From Eledone cirrhosa (lineage: Eukaryota), in assembly GCA_964016885.1 (NCBI GenBank), contig OZ024740.1:213776001-213840000 (forward strand): DNA of 64,000 nt, given 5' to 3'. Made by a program: the position numbers and the translations under genes. This document shows, piece by piece, positions 1 through 11,209 of this stretch. Every line of letters begins with the position of its first letter. Positions within the stretch are counted from its first letter, which is position 1. Below the pieces are notes generated by a model. It did not search any database. It was not told the origin of the DNA and saw only the letters and a list, made by a program, of their open reading frames with translations.

Positions 1-128
1 AGTGTCACGAATAAGAAAGTTGTTAGATAGTGTCAAAGTTGAAATTATTACATATGGAATTATTATGCATGAACAACTTTCTATAACTGGTTGTAAATTA
101 CCATATTATATACAGAAAACAGTCAGAG
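1..128 (+). CDS. GDAP1: GDAP1 internal exon, cut by the window start
   Basis: Frame from nt 2 reads VSRIRKLLDSVKVEIITYGIIMHEQLSITGCKLPYYIQKTVR, resembling GDAP1 YRELLDSLPMDAYTHGCILHPEL. GTAAGT donor at 129, phase 1. Confidence 0.88.
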
Positions 129-150
129 GTAAGTCTTATTTTATCCTTCA

Positions 151-352
151 TTAACCCTTTAGCAATTAAACTGACTATCTGGCCAGAATTCTCTCACCTC
201 TTTCTGTTCAAACCGGCCACTCATACTGATGTTAAGGTATGGTTCTCAAAATGAATAATATCAAAATCTCACAGATTCGATATGTGAGGTAAAGCTTTTA
301 CCCATGAAAATATAATAGTAGAGATAGAGTAATGTAAATACTAAAGGGTTAA
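151..352. mobile_element. piggyBac-type MITE; other copies at 6850-7050, 7161-7305, 47213-47425 and a partial at about 5698-5770
   Basis: TTAA-CCCTTTAG...CTAAAGGG-TTAA termini and a shared internal sequence across copies. Confidence 0.8.
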
Positions 353-1241
353 TATACTCATGTAGGTCAGGTCAGGTTTCTACCTACTACTGGTATCATG
401 TAACCCAGTACAACTTGCTTCATGGTTTAGTGGTCTACGACTAAACCAGCTCCCCCAACCAGACCCTGGTCTGGTGAAGAGGGTAAGTGGAACCCCAGCA
501 GCACAAAAAGCAAGAGCTGTTAAAAGGGCAGATGAACTTCAGTCAACGGCCATCTACCCCAACTATGGGTTAAAACAGCCTCACCTGCAATTGGCCAAGT
601 GAGGTGAGTACGGCTACAGCCCTGACATCCTCCAAAAGGAGTGAGAAAGCTTTGGATTGGAATAGGTTCATAATGGGTGTTCAATTACCAGTTGTCAGAC
701 AGATTGACTTCCATGAAAAACACATCTTTGTAGTTGCTACTTACATGTGGTAGATTTTGTATAAAACTTGGTGTTAATGTCCATTACTATACTGTTCTCG
801 CGAAAACTACAATATTCTAGAAAATAATTGATTAGTTGAAGAAAGTGTATTTTCATAGTCATTGATGTAAGCTATCAATGAAGTTTCAACTAGCTTTTAC
901 ATTTTCTGAAGTTTTAAGCAACAAATTTTAATGTTTGCTAGGGTTCTAACTCAACTTCAGATTTAAATGTTCTTAGAATTATTATTTTTCAACAATTCTC
1001 TAATATGTTATTTAATAAAAATAACATTACCAGACTTCTAACTCAACTTTAGATATGTTATTTAATAAAAATAAAAGTACCAGGTTTCTAACTCAACTTT
1101 AGATATGTTATTTAATAAAATTGACAACAAATGTTTCTTTTGCTAGCAATTTTTTCCCCTTTAGCTGTTATATTAGACATATAGGAAATATGTAATAAAA
1201 GAATAAAACTATTTTCTAGTGACTTCTTATTACTATTGTAG

Positions 1242-1442
1242 AAAACTATGGATCCCGACTTGGAACATTACTTAGTCTTGCTGAAAAAAATCCAAGTTTC
1301 CGTGATACTTATCTTTCTAAAAGTCAACAGATGGCTCAACGTTTTGAACAGATTATGGATGTTGAACAGGTGATGCAAGAACTTGAAGATCTAGAAGATG
1401 TTCTTGATGAAATGGAAACACTTATTATGTCATCATCAGAAG
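1242..1442 (+). CDS. GDAP1: GDAP1 internal exon
   Basis: TAG acceptor at 1239-1241 and GTAGGT donor at 1443, phase-compatible with both neighbours. Reads ENYGSRLGTLLSLAEKNPSFRDTYLSK...QELEDLEDVLDEMETLI, resembling GDAP1 KKLAEENPDLQEAYIAK...ELEKVLDQVE. Confidence 0.9.
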
Positions 1443-1454
1443 GTAGGTTACCTT

Positions 1455-1710
1455 AAGTTTTTACAACTGGGTACCCTTCCTAATGCCAACCACATTTACA
1501 GAGTGTGCTGGGTGCTTTTTTATTGTGGCACCAAAACGGCCAAAGTGTGGTCTGGGTGCTTTTTGTCATGTCACCAACACAACCACTTTACAGTGTTGAC
1601 TGGGTGCTTTTTGTCATGACACCTACACGACCACATTAGTGTGGGCTGGGCGCTTTTTGTTGTGACACCTACATGACCACTGGGCACCTTTTGTCAGGTC
1701 ACCAATATCT
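1455..1710 (-). repeat. Dispersed SINE-like tail with internal 48-50 bp tandem units; also about 6280-6570, 16780-17140, 22870-23430, 31595-31790, 54205-54600
   Basis: Shared CTGGATGCCCTTCCTAATGCCAACC motif followed by repeated GACTGGGTGCTTTTTGTCATGTCACC...ACCACTTTACA units. Most copies end in (ATG)n. Confidence 0.75.
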
Positions 1711-2491
1711 TTATATTTTCAATATCATGAGATTATATAAGTACATGGGCATAAAACTGATAGACCAAGTTATGAAAGAGACAAAATTTTAGTACAACTA
1801 ATTAAGGAAAGAGTCAAATTATATGAGATGAAGTTGGGTTTTGTGATGTCCTCTTATTAGTGAGATAATTACAAGAGAATTTCCTGGCTAATTTACTTTA
1901 CATTGTTGGGGAAAATTAATGTCACGCTTTTTTTAATCAGACAACTAAATGTAGTGAGTTAAGTTTTCTTAATTTGTTAAAATTGCACACACACAAAAAA
2001 AACACCCCATCAGCCTAATTATTTGTCGAAGACAGGGGAGATAACTCTGGAATAACCAATGAATGTAACATCCATTTTCTTCGCTAGCATAGGTTAGACG
2101 AGTTATCCGATTGTGAGAAATGCTAGGTCAGGTGACCATGTCATGACACCTACACGACCATTTTACAGTGTGGGCTGGAGGCTTCACTGGATGTATACTT
2201 CAGCTTGTCCTTGTGGGAGGGTAAGTCATACTATATATAAACGAGAAAGTCAGCGGCGCTGTGACTAGGAAGACCACTATTCATTGTAGTACTCGATGCA
2301 TAGTGGGTATAGAGATAAGTAAAATCTAGACTGTGCCGCCAACTGGATTCTGCTTGTGTTTAGCAAGCCTTGGCGTTGCAGTCAGGATTCTACCTATCTA
2401 TATATATATATATAACGAAGGAAATGTGGTAAGGAACCAGGTGGACCATAACGCACCAAAGTACTCAATACTTAGGGTAGTAGAGTGGGTA

Positions 2492-2601
2492 ATAGGAACG
2501 AGTAGGACCCCGACGGCTGAGCTCAAGCCGTTTCGACTGCTAATTCTGGACGAATTAGCCGTCGAAATGGCTTGAGGTCAGCCGTCGGGGTCCTACTCGT
2601 T

Positions 2602-2606
<5 letters not shown>
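2492..2606. repeat. Near-perfect 55-bp-arm palindrome (MITE-like hairpin) in a GDAP1 intron
   Basis: 2492-2546 is the reverse complement of 2552-2606 with 3 differences; 5-nt loop TGGAC. Confidence 0.9.
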
Positions 2607-2643
<37 letters not shown>

Positions 2644-2793
2644 GGCTTCCTCAGAGTTTCTACCTGTTGAATTTCACTAACAAGGTAATGTTTCGACTGC
2701 CCCACAGATAAAATATACCTGTCTAAACAATGAGAAAACAAAAATATTTTGTCAACTTTTCAACTATAACTGATTATTTTGTTTTGTTTTTAG

Positions 2794-3116
2794 GCTCATC
2801 AGACTACGATCAAGAGTTGTGGCTGTTTGGTTCTCGATTCACTGCTGCAGACATCAGTCTTATTGTACTGCTGAACAGATTGGTCATGTTAGGAATTGAT
2901 AGTCGCTATTTCTCTGAAGACCGAAGGCCTTACTTACTCAAGTACCACAGACAACAATTGCAGAGACCTTCGGTAGAACGCCTATTGAAAGAAATCCAAA
3001 GCATTAAGAAAACACTGTACTGGCAATCAATATTAAAAAGTCCAACTTTCAGTCGATGGGCAACAATAGGTTTAGGTATTGGTTTGGGGTATTTACTTTA
3101 TAGGCATATAAATTAA
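2794..3116 (+). CDS. GDAP1: GDAP1 last coding exon (GST C-terminal domain plus C-terminal transmembrane anchor)
   Basis: Polypyrimidine tract and TAG acceptor at 2791-2793. WLFGSRFTAADISLIVLLNRL matches the GST-C signature. Ends in hydrophobic WATIGLGIGLGYLLY plus basic residues, then TAA. Confidence 0.92.
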
Positions 3117-3977
3117 AATGATTCTGTAAACACCTTGTGTATTAAGTTATCAAATCAGATATTTAAATCTACATTATGTATTTCTAGAGCTCTATGCAAA
3201 AAGACTGCATTTTTGCTGAATTGAATCAAAGGATTTATACTAACTACAAAAATAGTTTGTTTTGAATTCCCTATCTTGTTTAAAAATTTAGTCTATCTTT
3301 AATTTATTAAATATTAAATAACCCTTATTATAATGGAGCTTCTATAAGTATATCTATATAAGTAATCAAAACACCGACAACACTTTCTCTAAGCAAAACC
3401 ACACACTAAACACCTTTCTGAAGCAGTGAAATAGAAAGTGTAAAAGAAGGTTGTTTTCTAATAGGTAATGCTTTGCTTGCTGTATCATTGTCTAACAATA
3501 TATTCTCCCATGTCATGAGACATCACTGTATGTCAGTTGGTTTCAATGTTCAACAAGGAAGCTTCTTGCTAGAAATAGCTGCCAAATTTCCTCTAACACT
3601 TTACCATTTTAAATAACAAATATGTAGGATAATATAGTTCCTGATATACAAAAGAATGTGATGCTCTAGATCAGAAGACCTTTCATCATAGGTCTATTCA
3701 ATCAGGGCTGATTTAGAGTTAAACAACATCAACTAGTGAAGGAATGCTGCTGTGCAGTCACTTGAACTGTTAGAAATAGCAGCCAAATATACCTTACTGT
3801 CGTCTTAAACTAGGACAGGGCACTTTGGATAATGTTGTCCTATATATATATTTTTGTAGTTAAACAACATCAACTAGTGAAGGAAAGCTGCTCTGCAGTC
3901 ACTTGACCTGCTAGAAATAGCAGCCAAATATACCTCAAATTATACCTTAGTCATCTTAAACTAGGAAGGGCTCTCTG

Positions 3978-4257
3978 TGTTTAAGTGTATAACAGTGACT
4001 GGCGGCATACCGTTTGAAGCACTCAATATTGTTACGAGGTCTGTTTCGTTTGGGTTGTATTCCAGTGTTACGGCTGTAGTGTGCAGAGAGTAAATAGATT
4101 TAAGAGTCGAAGTCTGTGTTGCAGCATATGTACACATTTTAGTCTTTACGCATATCTGACGAGATGTTGAAAAAGAGTCGGGTCCCGTCACCTTGATCGT
4201 AACCCGAGTTGATCTATATTGAAACATACAAATAAACTTTGTATATATGCTTCAACA
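3978..4257 (+). mobile_element. Candidate solo LTR (TGTT...AACA, BEL/Pao-like ends)
   Basis: Begins TGTTTAAG and ends CTTCAACA (7/8 inverted match). AATAAA lies about 20 nt before the end. CpG-rich compared with flanks. Only a 3-bp CTG flanking duplication is visible. Confidence 0.5.
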
Positions 4258-5059
4258 CTGACTCTCTCTCTATATATATATACCATATAAACTAGTAGAA
4301 AACTGTCAAGAGGGCAGTGAAACATCTTAGTATTTATATAATACCTGCAGTGAATGAAGATATAAAAAAGTAAACAACTTAAAATATTACTTTTGTATAT
4401 AGAATTTCATATTTTCAATATCACCCTTTTGTATTCATACAAAATATTAACACAACACCCCAAATCAGTTTACATAGGGCCTGTAAATTATAATAAAAAC
4501 ACTACACATTCTTGTTCAGAAGTAATATTAAAATATATTACACTTTAATACTTCATTCTTTTAAAATATTTTCTATATTGGTCAAATCCCAAATGCTGTA
4601 TTTTAATGAATTAAATCTGAAATATTTACATTTTTTTTTTCTATTTTAAAGTATTTATTGATAGGCGTTACATTTCCCAGATTTATCTACAGCTATGTGT
4701 CCAGATTCCAACATTTTGCCAGTGGACATTGAGGGTACTAAACTATGATCTTTAAATTTAAATAAGTTATGTCAATTTGTAGATGGATAACTAAATAAAC
4801 CCAACAACGGTAATACTTACATAGGTTAACTTAAATATAAGTAACCATCACAAAACATTATTTTAGAACCGTTCATATATATCTGCTGTGGAGCTAAACA
4901 TTAAGAATGTGGCATTGTTTCTTTTTAACTACTCTCTGATCTCAAATAATTGATTTTTTTTTTTTTTTTCCAACCCCACCAAAATTATATGGGACCAGAG
5001 AGTAGTCATTTGACTCCTTTTAAAGAAGAGGAGCAGAGTAGTCTGATTCAATTATACTG

Positions 5060-5260
5060 TATGGCCTAATGGTAAGGTGTTAGACATACAATCATCATAA
5101 AGTTGTAAGTTTGATTCCTGGGCTAGGTTGTGTTGTATTCTTGAGCAAAACGCCTCATTTCATGTTGCTCCAGTAAGCTCAGCTGAAAAAGAAAATGAGT
5201 ACCAGCAGCAATAGCTGAGGGTTTAACCCTGCGATGGACTGGTGTCTTGTTCTGGGGGAA
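5060..5260 (+). mobile_element. tRNA-derived SINE; related copies at 25238-25510 (+), 30465-30712 (-), 46115-46240 (+), 53170-53320 (-)
   Basis: A-box-like TGGCCTAATGGTAAG and B-box-like GTTTGATTCC, followed by a shared TTCTTGAGCAAAAC...TTGCTCCAGT...CTCAGCTG body. Confidence 0.75.
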
Positions 5261-7887
5261 GTCTAAGCACCAGCCTGAGACATACTTTAGACTTGTTGAA
5301 CACAAAATCATGAGTTATGGTACAGTACTTTTTACTTGGCTGGAAGTTAGTTTTGACTCCCTAATCATGCTCAATATAAAAAGTGAAAAAAAAAGACTCA
5401 ATCTCTACAACAGTTATTTTATTTTACTCCCCCTCTACTTATTAAAAATATTTTAATGTCTGGTTGTGTACAAAATTGCAAAGTTCCTTGTTTCTACTAT
5501 TGTCTGCAGACTATCCCAATTCTTGTATATAATTTTGTGTGAAGAGTTTGGATATTTTGTATTCTACAGTAGCGTTTGTTTCATTTTATTAAAAAATATA
5601 TATACTGTTGATAATAAATTTAAATCAAATATTGTAAAGTATTTTCAATTTAATAAAACATTCAATTAATTCAGTCATTTTAATTGGAAAATTGGAATTT
5701 AACCATTTAGCATATAAAATGGCTGTATCTGCCCAGAATTCTCTCACCTCTTTCTGCTCAAATTGGCTATTATGAGCAAATGGGGGACCACATGGCTTTG
5801 GTGGACAGAAGAGAAGGCATTTTTCTGGAGGATGATGATGGAGACTCATTGGAAGAGCCATTCCATCTCGTGAGGCTCACACCTGTGGGTAGCCAACTCT
5901 GTGCTGATGGTGTAGAGATTTTCCTGGGCAAAGGCCACCAGCAGTAGATTGGTAGAATTACAGTAAAGGACTAATGCCTGGTGTTATTAGTTCTAGCTTT
6001 CTACATTATAATCTGGCCACGGTCAACCTCATTTTCATGCCGGCATGGGACTTTTTGAGGTCATGTTAAACAATCATGTCCTTCCTGACACACTTTTCAG
6101 TTACTTCTTATGACACGCAGGGATAGTGTACCTATTTTAAACTGGAAATTACACGGTTGTATATTTATATATACAATGTGATTTATCAACTGCACCTACA
6201 AAATCTCAATTCATAATATAGGGTACATTGTAAACGTATGTAAAGATGAGACATACACATGAATGGATCCTCGTCATTTAAAAGTCAATTTTCATGCTTG
6301 CATGGGTTAGATGGGTTGTCTCATTATGAGACAAGTCTGACACATCTTGCCTATACATATCTGTAGTTTTGCTTGGTTCCTAATGCCAACTACATTAGTG
6401 AGGACTGGGTGCTTTTTACTCTGGTACCTAAATGATGATCTCAGGATGGACTGGGTGCTTCTTGTCATGTCACCAGCGCGACAACCTCACAAGGTTGACT
6501 GGCTGCTTTTTGCCGTCACCAACACCACCTTACAGAGTGGACTGGGCACTTCTTGTCGTATCACCAACATAAACAATAATGGTATTGCATGTGCAGGGCA
6601 GTGAATTGGCAGCTTTTTTAAGTTCAAATCCAGCTGTAACCTACTTGTTGCCTATTTTAACACCATCACCCTGTCTTTGGATACTTTCAGTAGAGTCCAT
6701 TCTAGAGCAAGCACCTGTGCTAAATCTCCAGCTTGAGGATTCTTTCCTCCCACAAGTGGTCAGGTTGGTGACACGACAAAAAACACCCAGTCCAACTTGT
6801 CAGTTCCACAATACAAAGCACTCAGTCCACCCAGTAAATGTAGTGGGCATTAACCCTTTAGCATTTACATTACTCTATATTTACTATTGTATTTTCACAG
6901 TAAATACTTTATCTCACATAATATTGGATCTACGAGACTTTAATATTTATGTTGAGACCAATACCTTGACATAAGTATGAGCAGCCGGTTTGAACAGAAA
7001 GGGGTCAGAATTCTGGCTGGATATGGCCGGTTTAAATGCTAAAGAATTAAGTAAGGCATCCAGCTGTAGAATCCAAGCCAGAAACAGTTCTTGTCTCACC
7101 CATGCTAACATGGAAAATGGACATTAAATGGTGATGTTGATACAGTAAGTTGAAATTTTGTAACCCTTTAGCATTTAAACCGGCCGTACCCTGCCAGAAT
7201 TCTCACCTCTTTCTGTTCAAACCGGCTGTGAGGTATTTATGTAAGATAAAGTCTTTACCACAAAAATACAATAGTAATAGAGTAATGTAAATGCGAAAGG
7301 GTTAAAGTAGTGTTATCATTTTACCCCCACTTCCCATGAACACCAGGTCACACTTTATATATATATATCCCAAAATGGCGGACTAAACATGCTTTCCTCC
7401 TGTGAAAAAAAAAAATTCCTTCTTTTTCTCAAATCGTTTACGTCTGAAATGTTAAGTTTCTTTTCCTACTGTATCGTTCTCCTGTGTTATTTTTTACTCA
7501 TGGAGTAACGTTACTCGATAGAGTGCGGAGATCAGAGTCGCTCCAGGTTGGAGTGATGAACAGATTTTGTAAAGCGAAGTTTGTGTTTTTGAATGGTAAA
7601 ACAACTCTACCTCAATGTGCTTTAGTTTCAACAGTCACAGAACAAATCACTTGCCAGATAAGTACAACTCCATAATGTATCCAATACTTTTTATTACATG
7701 TAAAAAATGAATGTTTGTAAGCATATATATTAATGTATCTTATAGTAGCAATGGTGTCTCATCCAAACAACTGAAAAGCTGGTTGGTGACCACCACATCT
7801 GCTATTTCATAATTTTTTACTTTTGAGAGTTTATTTAGAATGGAGACCTTTCTCTGAAATATTTTCAAATTCTAAAATCTCTAGCAA

Positions 7888-9969
7888 TTATGACTTAGTA
7901 TCAAATTTTTTCTTTTTACCATTCATACTTTTAGACTTGATTTTTTTACCATCTCTTTTATTAAAGGTTTTTTTCTTTTTTTCTATGTTCCCATTAATCT
8001 TATTTTTATTACTCAGCTTTTTCTTTTTTTCTATGTTCCCATTAATCTTATTTTTATTACTCAGCTTTTTCTTTTTTTCTATGTTCCCATTAATCTTATT
8101 TTTATTACTCAGCTTTTTCTTTTTTTGTATATTCCCATCAATCTTCTTATTTTCACCACTGTCTTTTCTCTGTGTTGGTATGTCTTCAATCTTCTCATCA
8201 CTACTGTCAGTTTTCTTTTTCTTGCTATCAGCATTCTTTTTCATATCAAAGTTAAATATATCTTCAAAATTATATTTATCAATACTGTCAAACAAAGCAC
8301 TAAACTCTTGTTTTTCTTGGGCTGTTGCTTTTGGTATTCGTTCCTTTTTCGCTCTTATATCCTCGAAATTATCAAAAGCAACAATAGAATCTTTACCTGC
8401 AACTTGATGTGCAATTTCTCTATCACGCAGTTTTCGCCAAACCCGAAAGAATTTCAAAAGAGGAGGTACTTGGTCTTTACATTGCCGTTCCCAAGAATTC
8501 AGTGCTTTTGTATCAGATAAATTTAAGTTAAATCCATAACGACGGGTTGAAATAAATTTGGAATTTTCTTCAATTTTCTCGTAAATCTGCTTCAATTGTT
8601 TACTGTAGTTCATAACTTTACAATTCTTTAACACTTCCTTTAATTGAATCTGGACAGGAAATACTAACTCGGGGAAACTTATAGAATGGGCGAGATTAGT
8701 AAGACATGTCAACATATGTTCATAAAATTGGTCAACCACTGCATCTTTGAAAGTCTTTTCTTGAATTTGTGATTTCGTCATTTTCAATACGTAAGTAAAA
8801 CTTACAGGTTTCAGGGCAACTTTGGAACATTTCTTGTTCAAATCCAAATCGCCAAGAGCTTCAATGATAAATGGTAAAATTGGAATAAATTTACCAGTAC
8901 TTGCAGATATTTTGTTCAACATAGCAACACAATGAAATCGCAGAGGATAGAATCGAATACCAGGAACTAATTTAATAACTCCGGTGATCACCTCAATTAA
9001 TGGAAATATTAGATTCTCTAATACAGTGCTATCAGGAGAAGAACCTATCAGAGAAGTCCATAGTTCAAGACATCGAATATACTGCCAATTATAAACAGCT
9101 TGGCAAAGATCTTTTTTTTTAATTGTTAACGCATTTCTTAGATGTATAGCTTGTTGACGAATGTAAACAAACGCAAGTTGGTATGTGACTTTTTCATCTA
9201 TTTTCAGAATTTCCACAAGAGATTTCTGCATGAATGTGATATTTGGAAGAAGTGTAGGGGAAGTGAATTTACAATTACTTACATATTCTGCATACATTCT
9301 TTTAAGCGTCAACTCCAATATTGAGTTGTCTCGTATAATAATAAGTTTATTGATGCAAAGAAAGGCTAAAATTCTGGTAGTGTCCTCGGCTGAACCCCAA
9401 ACTGTTACCAGATGTTTAAGAAGTTCTTTGGATAAACGGTTCGACATGGAAAAATAAATGATCATCCTGTGAACATGTTTTAACAGAATATCAATCATCG
9501 TAGTTTCAGATACATTCTTTAGCATCTTTATTAAACTTGATAAGTAGACTTTAACATCAGTTGAAACAACCTTCCATTTATTGCTTTTGTTTGGTTTCGA
9601 GTGTTGCCGTATGTCTTTGGTAGGAGGTAAATTCAAAATCGATTGAAGTGATGGTTCGATTTTTAAAAGGCATAATTTAACAAGATCATTAAATACCGTA
9701 ATGTTTCTTACCGCAATTTTAGTATCATCAGATTTATCTTGGATCTGTTCAACAGCACCAGCAAAAGCACTGATAATATCATGAAGTAAAGCTGGTGTTG
9801 GTTTGGAGATTTTATCTTGCCATTCGTCGATTAATTTTTCACTGACGATATTTTCAGAATATTGAAAACTTTCTTCTTCTGATTCATCAGATTCGTCGAT
9901 AGATTCCAGATTCTCAAACCTGCTCTCAATATCTATATAAGCTCGTTTTTTAGAATTAGCGGTCGACAT
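7888..9969 (-). CDS. NOC2L: Nucleolar complex protein 2 homolog, single-exon ORF of 693 aa
   Basis: Noc2 family motifs YQLAFVYIRQQAIHLRNA, VYNWQY, RFYPLRFHC and SISFPEL. Uninterrupted ORF. AATAAA on the minus strand at 7690-7695. Confidence 0.95.
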   Translation of the reverse strand: MSTANSKKRAYIDIESRFENLESIDESDESEEESFQYSENIVSEKLIDEWQDKISKPTPALLHDIISAFAGAVEQIQDKSDDTKIAVRNITVFNDLVKLCLLKIEPSLQSILNLPPTKDIRQHSKPNKSNKWKVVSTDVKVYLSSLIKMLKNVSETTMIDILLKHVHRMIIYFSMSNRLSKELLKHLVTVWGSAEDTTRILAFLCINKLIIIRDNSILELTLKRMYAEYVSNCKFTSPTLLPNITFMQKSLVEILKIDEKVTYQLAFVYIRQQAIHLRNALTIKKKDLCQAVYNWQYIRCLELWTSLIGSSPDSTVLENLIFPLIEVITGVIKLVPGIRFYPLRFHCVAMLNKISASTGKFIPILPFIIEALGDLDLNKKCSKVALKPVSFTYVLKMTKSQIQEKTFKDAVVDQFYEHMLTCLTNLAHSISFPELVFPVQIQLKEVLKNCKVMNYSKQLKQIYEKIEENSKFISTRRYGFNLNLSDTKALNSWERQCKDQVPPLLKFFRVWRKLRDREIAHQVAGKDSIVAFDNFEDIRAKKERIPKATAQEKQEFSALFDSIDKYNFEDIFNFDMKKNADSKKKKTDSSDEKIEDIPTQRKDSGENKKIDGNIQKKKKLSNKNKINGNIEKKKKLSNKNKINGNIEKKKKLSNKNKINGNIEKKKKTFNKRDGKKIKSKSMNGKKKKFDTKS
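7966..8150 (-). repeat. Coding 48-bp tandem repeat, about 3.5 copies of KKKKLSNKNKINGNIE, in the NOC2L C-terminus
   Basis: Visible directly in the DNA and in the translation. Confidence 0.92.
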
Positions 9970-10509
9970 TGTAGAACTTCACACGTTGACTTATTCGACA
10001 ACGCTACACCATGTGCTAATGGCTACCGGATATTAGCAAACAGGAAGTTAATAATAGATTATCTCCCTTATAGAAGCCCTCTCTAGTGAAAATCATGTAA
10101 TCTTCAAATTTGTGTATTGGGGTTGTTCAATTAATAGATTATCTCCCTTACAGAAGCTTTCTCTAGTCAAATACATGTATCTTCAATCTTTATTTTGTGT
10201 ATTGAGGTTGTTCAATTAATATTATATTAAAAGCTACCTGGAAGGTTGTGGATTATCGCTAGAAATTATATTTTAATGTAAGTACATTAAAGGAATTGCC
10301 TTTATTACTTTCTACGACTTCCTACATTTAAATCTCTTTTGTAGCATCAATTATATCAGTTTTACAGGTGTGAATAATATAACTACTGTATGCTATTATA
10401 TTTTTATTCACCATAACTCTACAATTTATTGTATATATAGTCTGTTGTGTAAATAAATAAATATATGTATTGCTTCTATAGTATGTGGTGTGGTAAATAA
10501 ATATATATA

Positions 10510-10609
10510 TACAAGGTGTCCCAAAAATTGTATATGCACTTCAACATCATTCTAATAAACATTGCCTGTACAGGTAATCAGTGTGTATACATTTTTGGGA
10601 CACCTTGTA
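10510..10609. mobile_element. 100-bp Tc1/mariner-type MITE
   Basis: TA-CAAGGTGTCCCAAAAA...TTTTTGGGACACCTTG-TA terminal inverted repeats. Confidence 0.8.
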
Positions 10610-10949
10610 TATATGTTATTAGCCACTATTTAATGAGTTTTCTTTCGAATGTAAATGGGAATTATATTTATTATAGTTTGTATTTTTGGTGTGTTTGTTT
10701 TTCAACTCGTTTTTTTTTTTGGCACGCACAACAACAACAATACTTTACATTGATAAAAGACAATTTATAGAAGACTTAGTATTTATTTTCATCGACTTCG
10801 TAGGAAAAGTTTAAAGTTTTTACCCAGGTAGACAGGTAGATTTGACCCCAGAACATAAAGGGGCTTTATATTTTCTTCTCTTGACTACGAATATTTAATC
10901 TCACATTTTATCAAGTATCAACATATATATATAAGTGTATATATATATA

Positions 10950-11158
10950 TTGGGTAATTTAGTATTTTACGTTCGTAAACTAAACGATTCCTGAATGTCA
11001 ATAAAAAAAACTTTATTAAAATTAATACCTGATAATACTTTTGCAGCATTTTCAATTGTTATCAGTAATTTGTATTAATTTTAACAAAGTTTTTTTTTTT
11101 TTTTATTGACATTCGGGAATCGTTTAGTTTACGAACGTAAAATAGTAAATTACCTATA

Positions 11159-11160
<2 letters not shown>
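10950..11160. repeat. Fold-back element with about 80-bp inverted arms between (TA)n tracts
   Basis: TATTTTACGTTCGTAAACTAAACGATTCC on the left arm versus GGAATCGTTTAGTTTACGAACGTAAAATA on the right arm. Confidence 0.8.

Positions 11161-11209
<49 letters not shown>

Noticed and set aside
1398-1619. Short ORF-track entries such as 1398-1619, 20288-20527, 23214-23513 and the YIYIYI-type ORFs
   Set aside because: They are translations of SINEs, tandem modules or (TA)n/(TG)n microsatellites.
4155-4190. CTGACGA...GAAA in the candidate LTR
   Set aside because: Stems I and II cannot form.
7823-8407. 194-aa Phe/Leu-rich ORF on + that looks like a membrane protein
   Set aside because: It is the antisense shadow of the lysine-rich NOC2L repeat.
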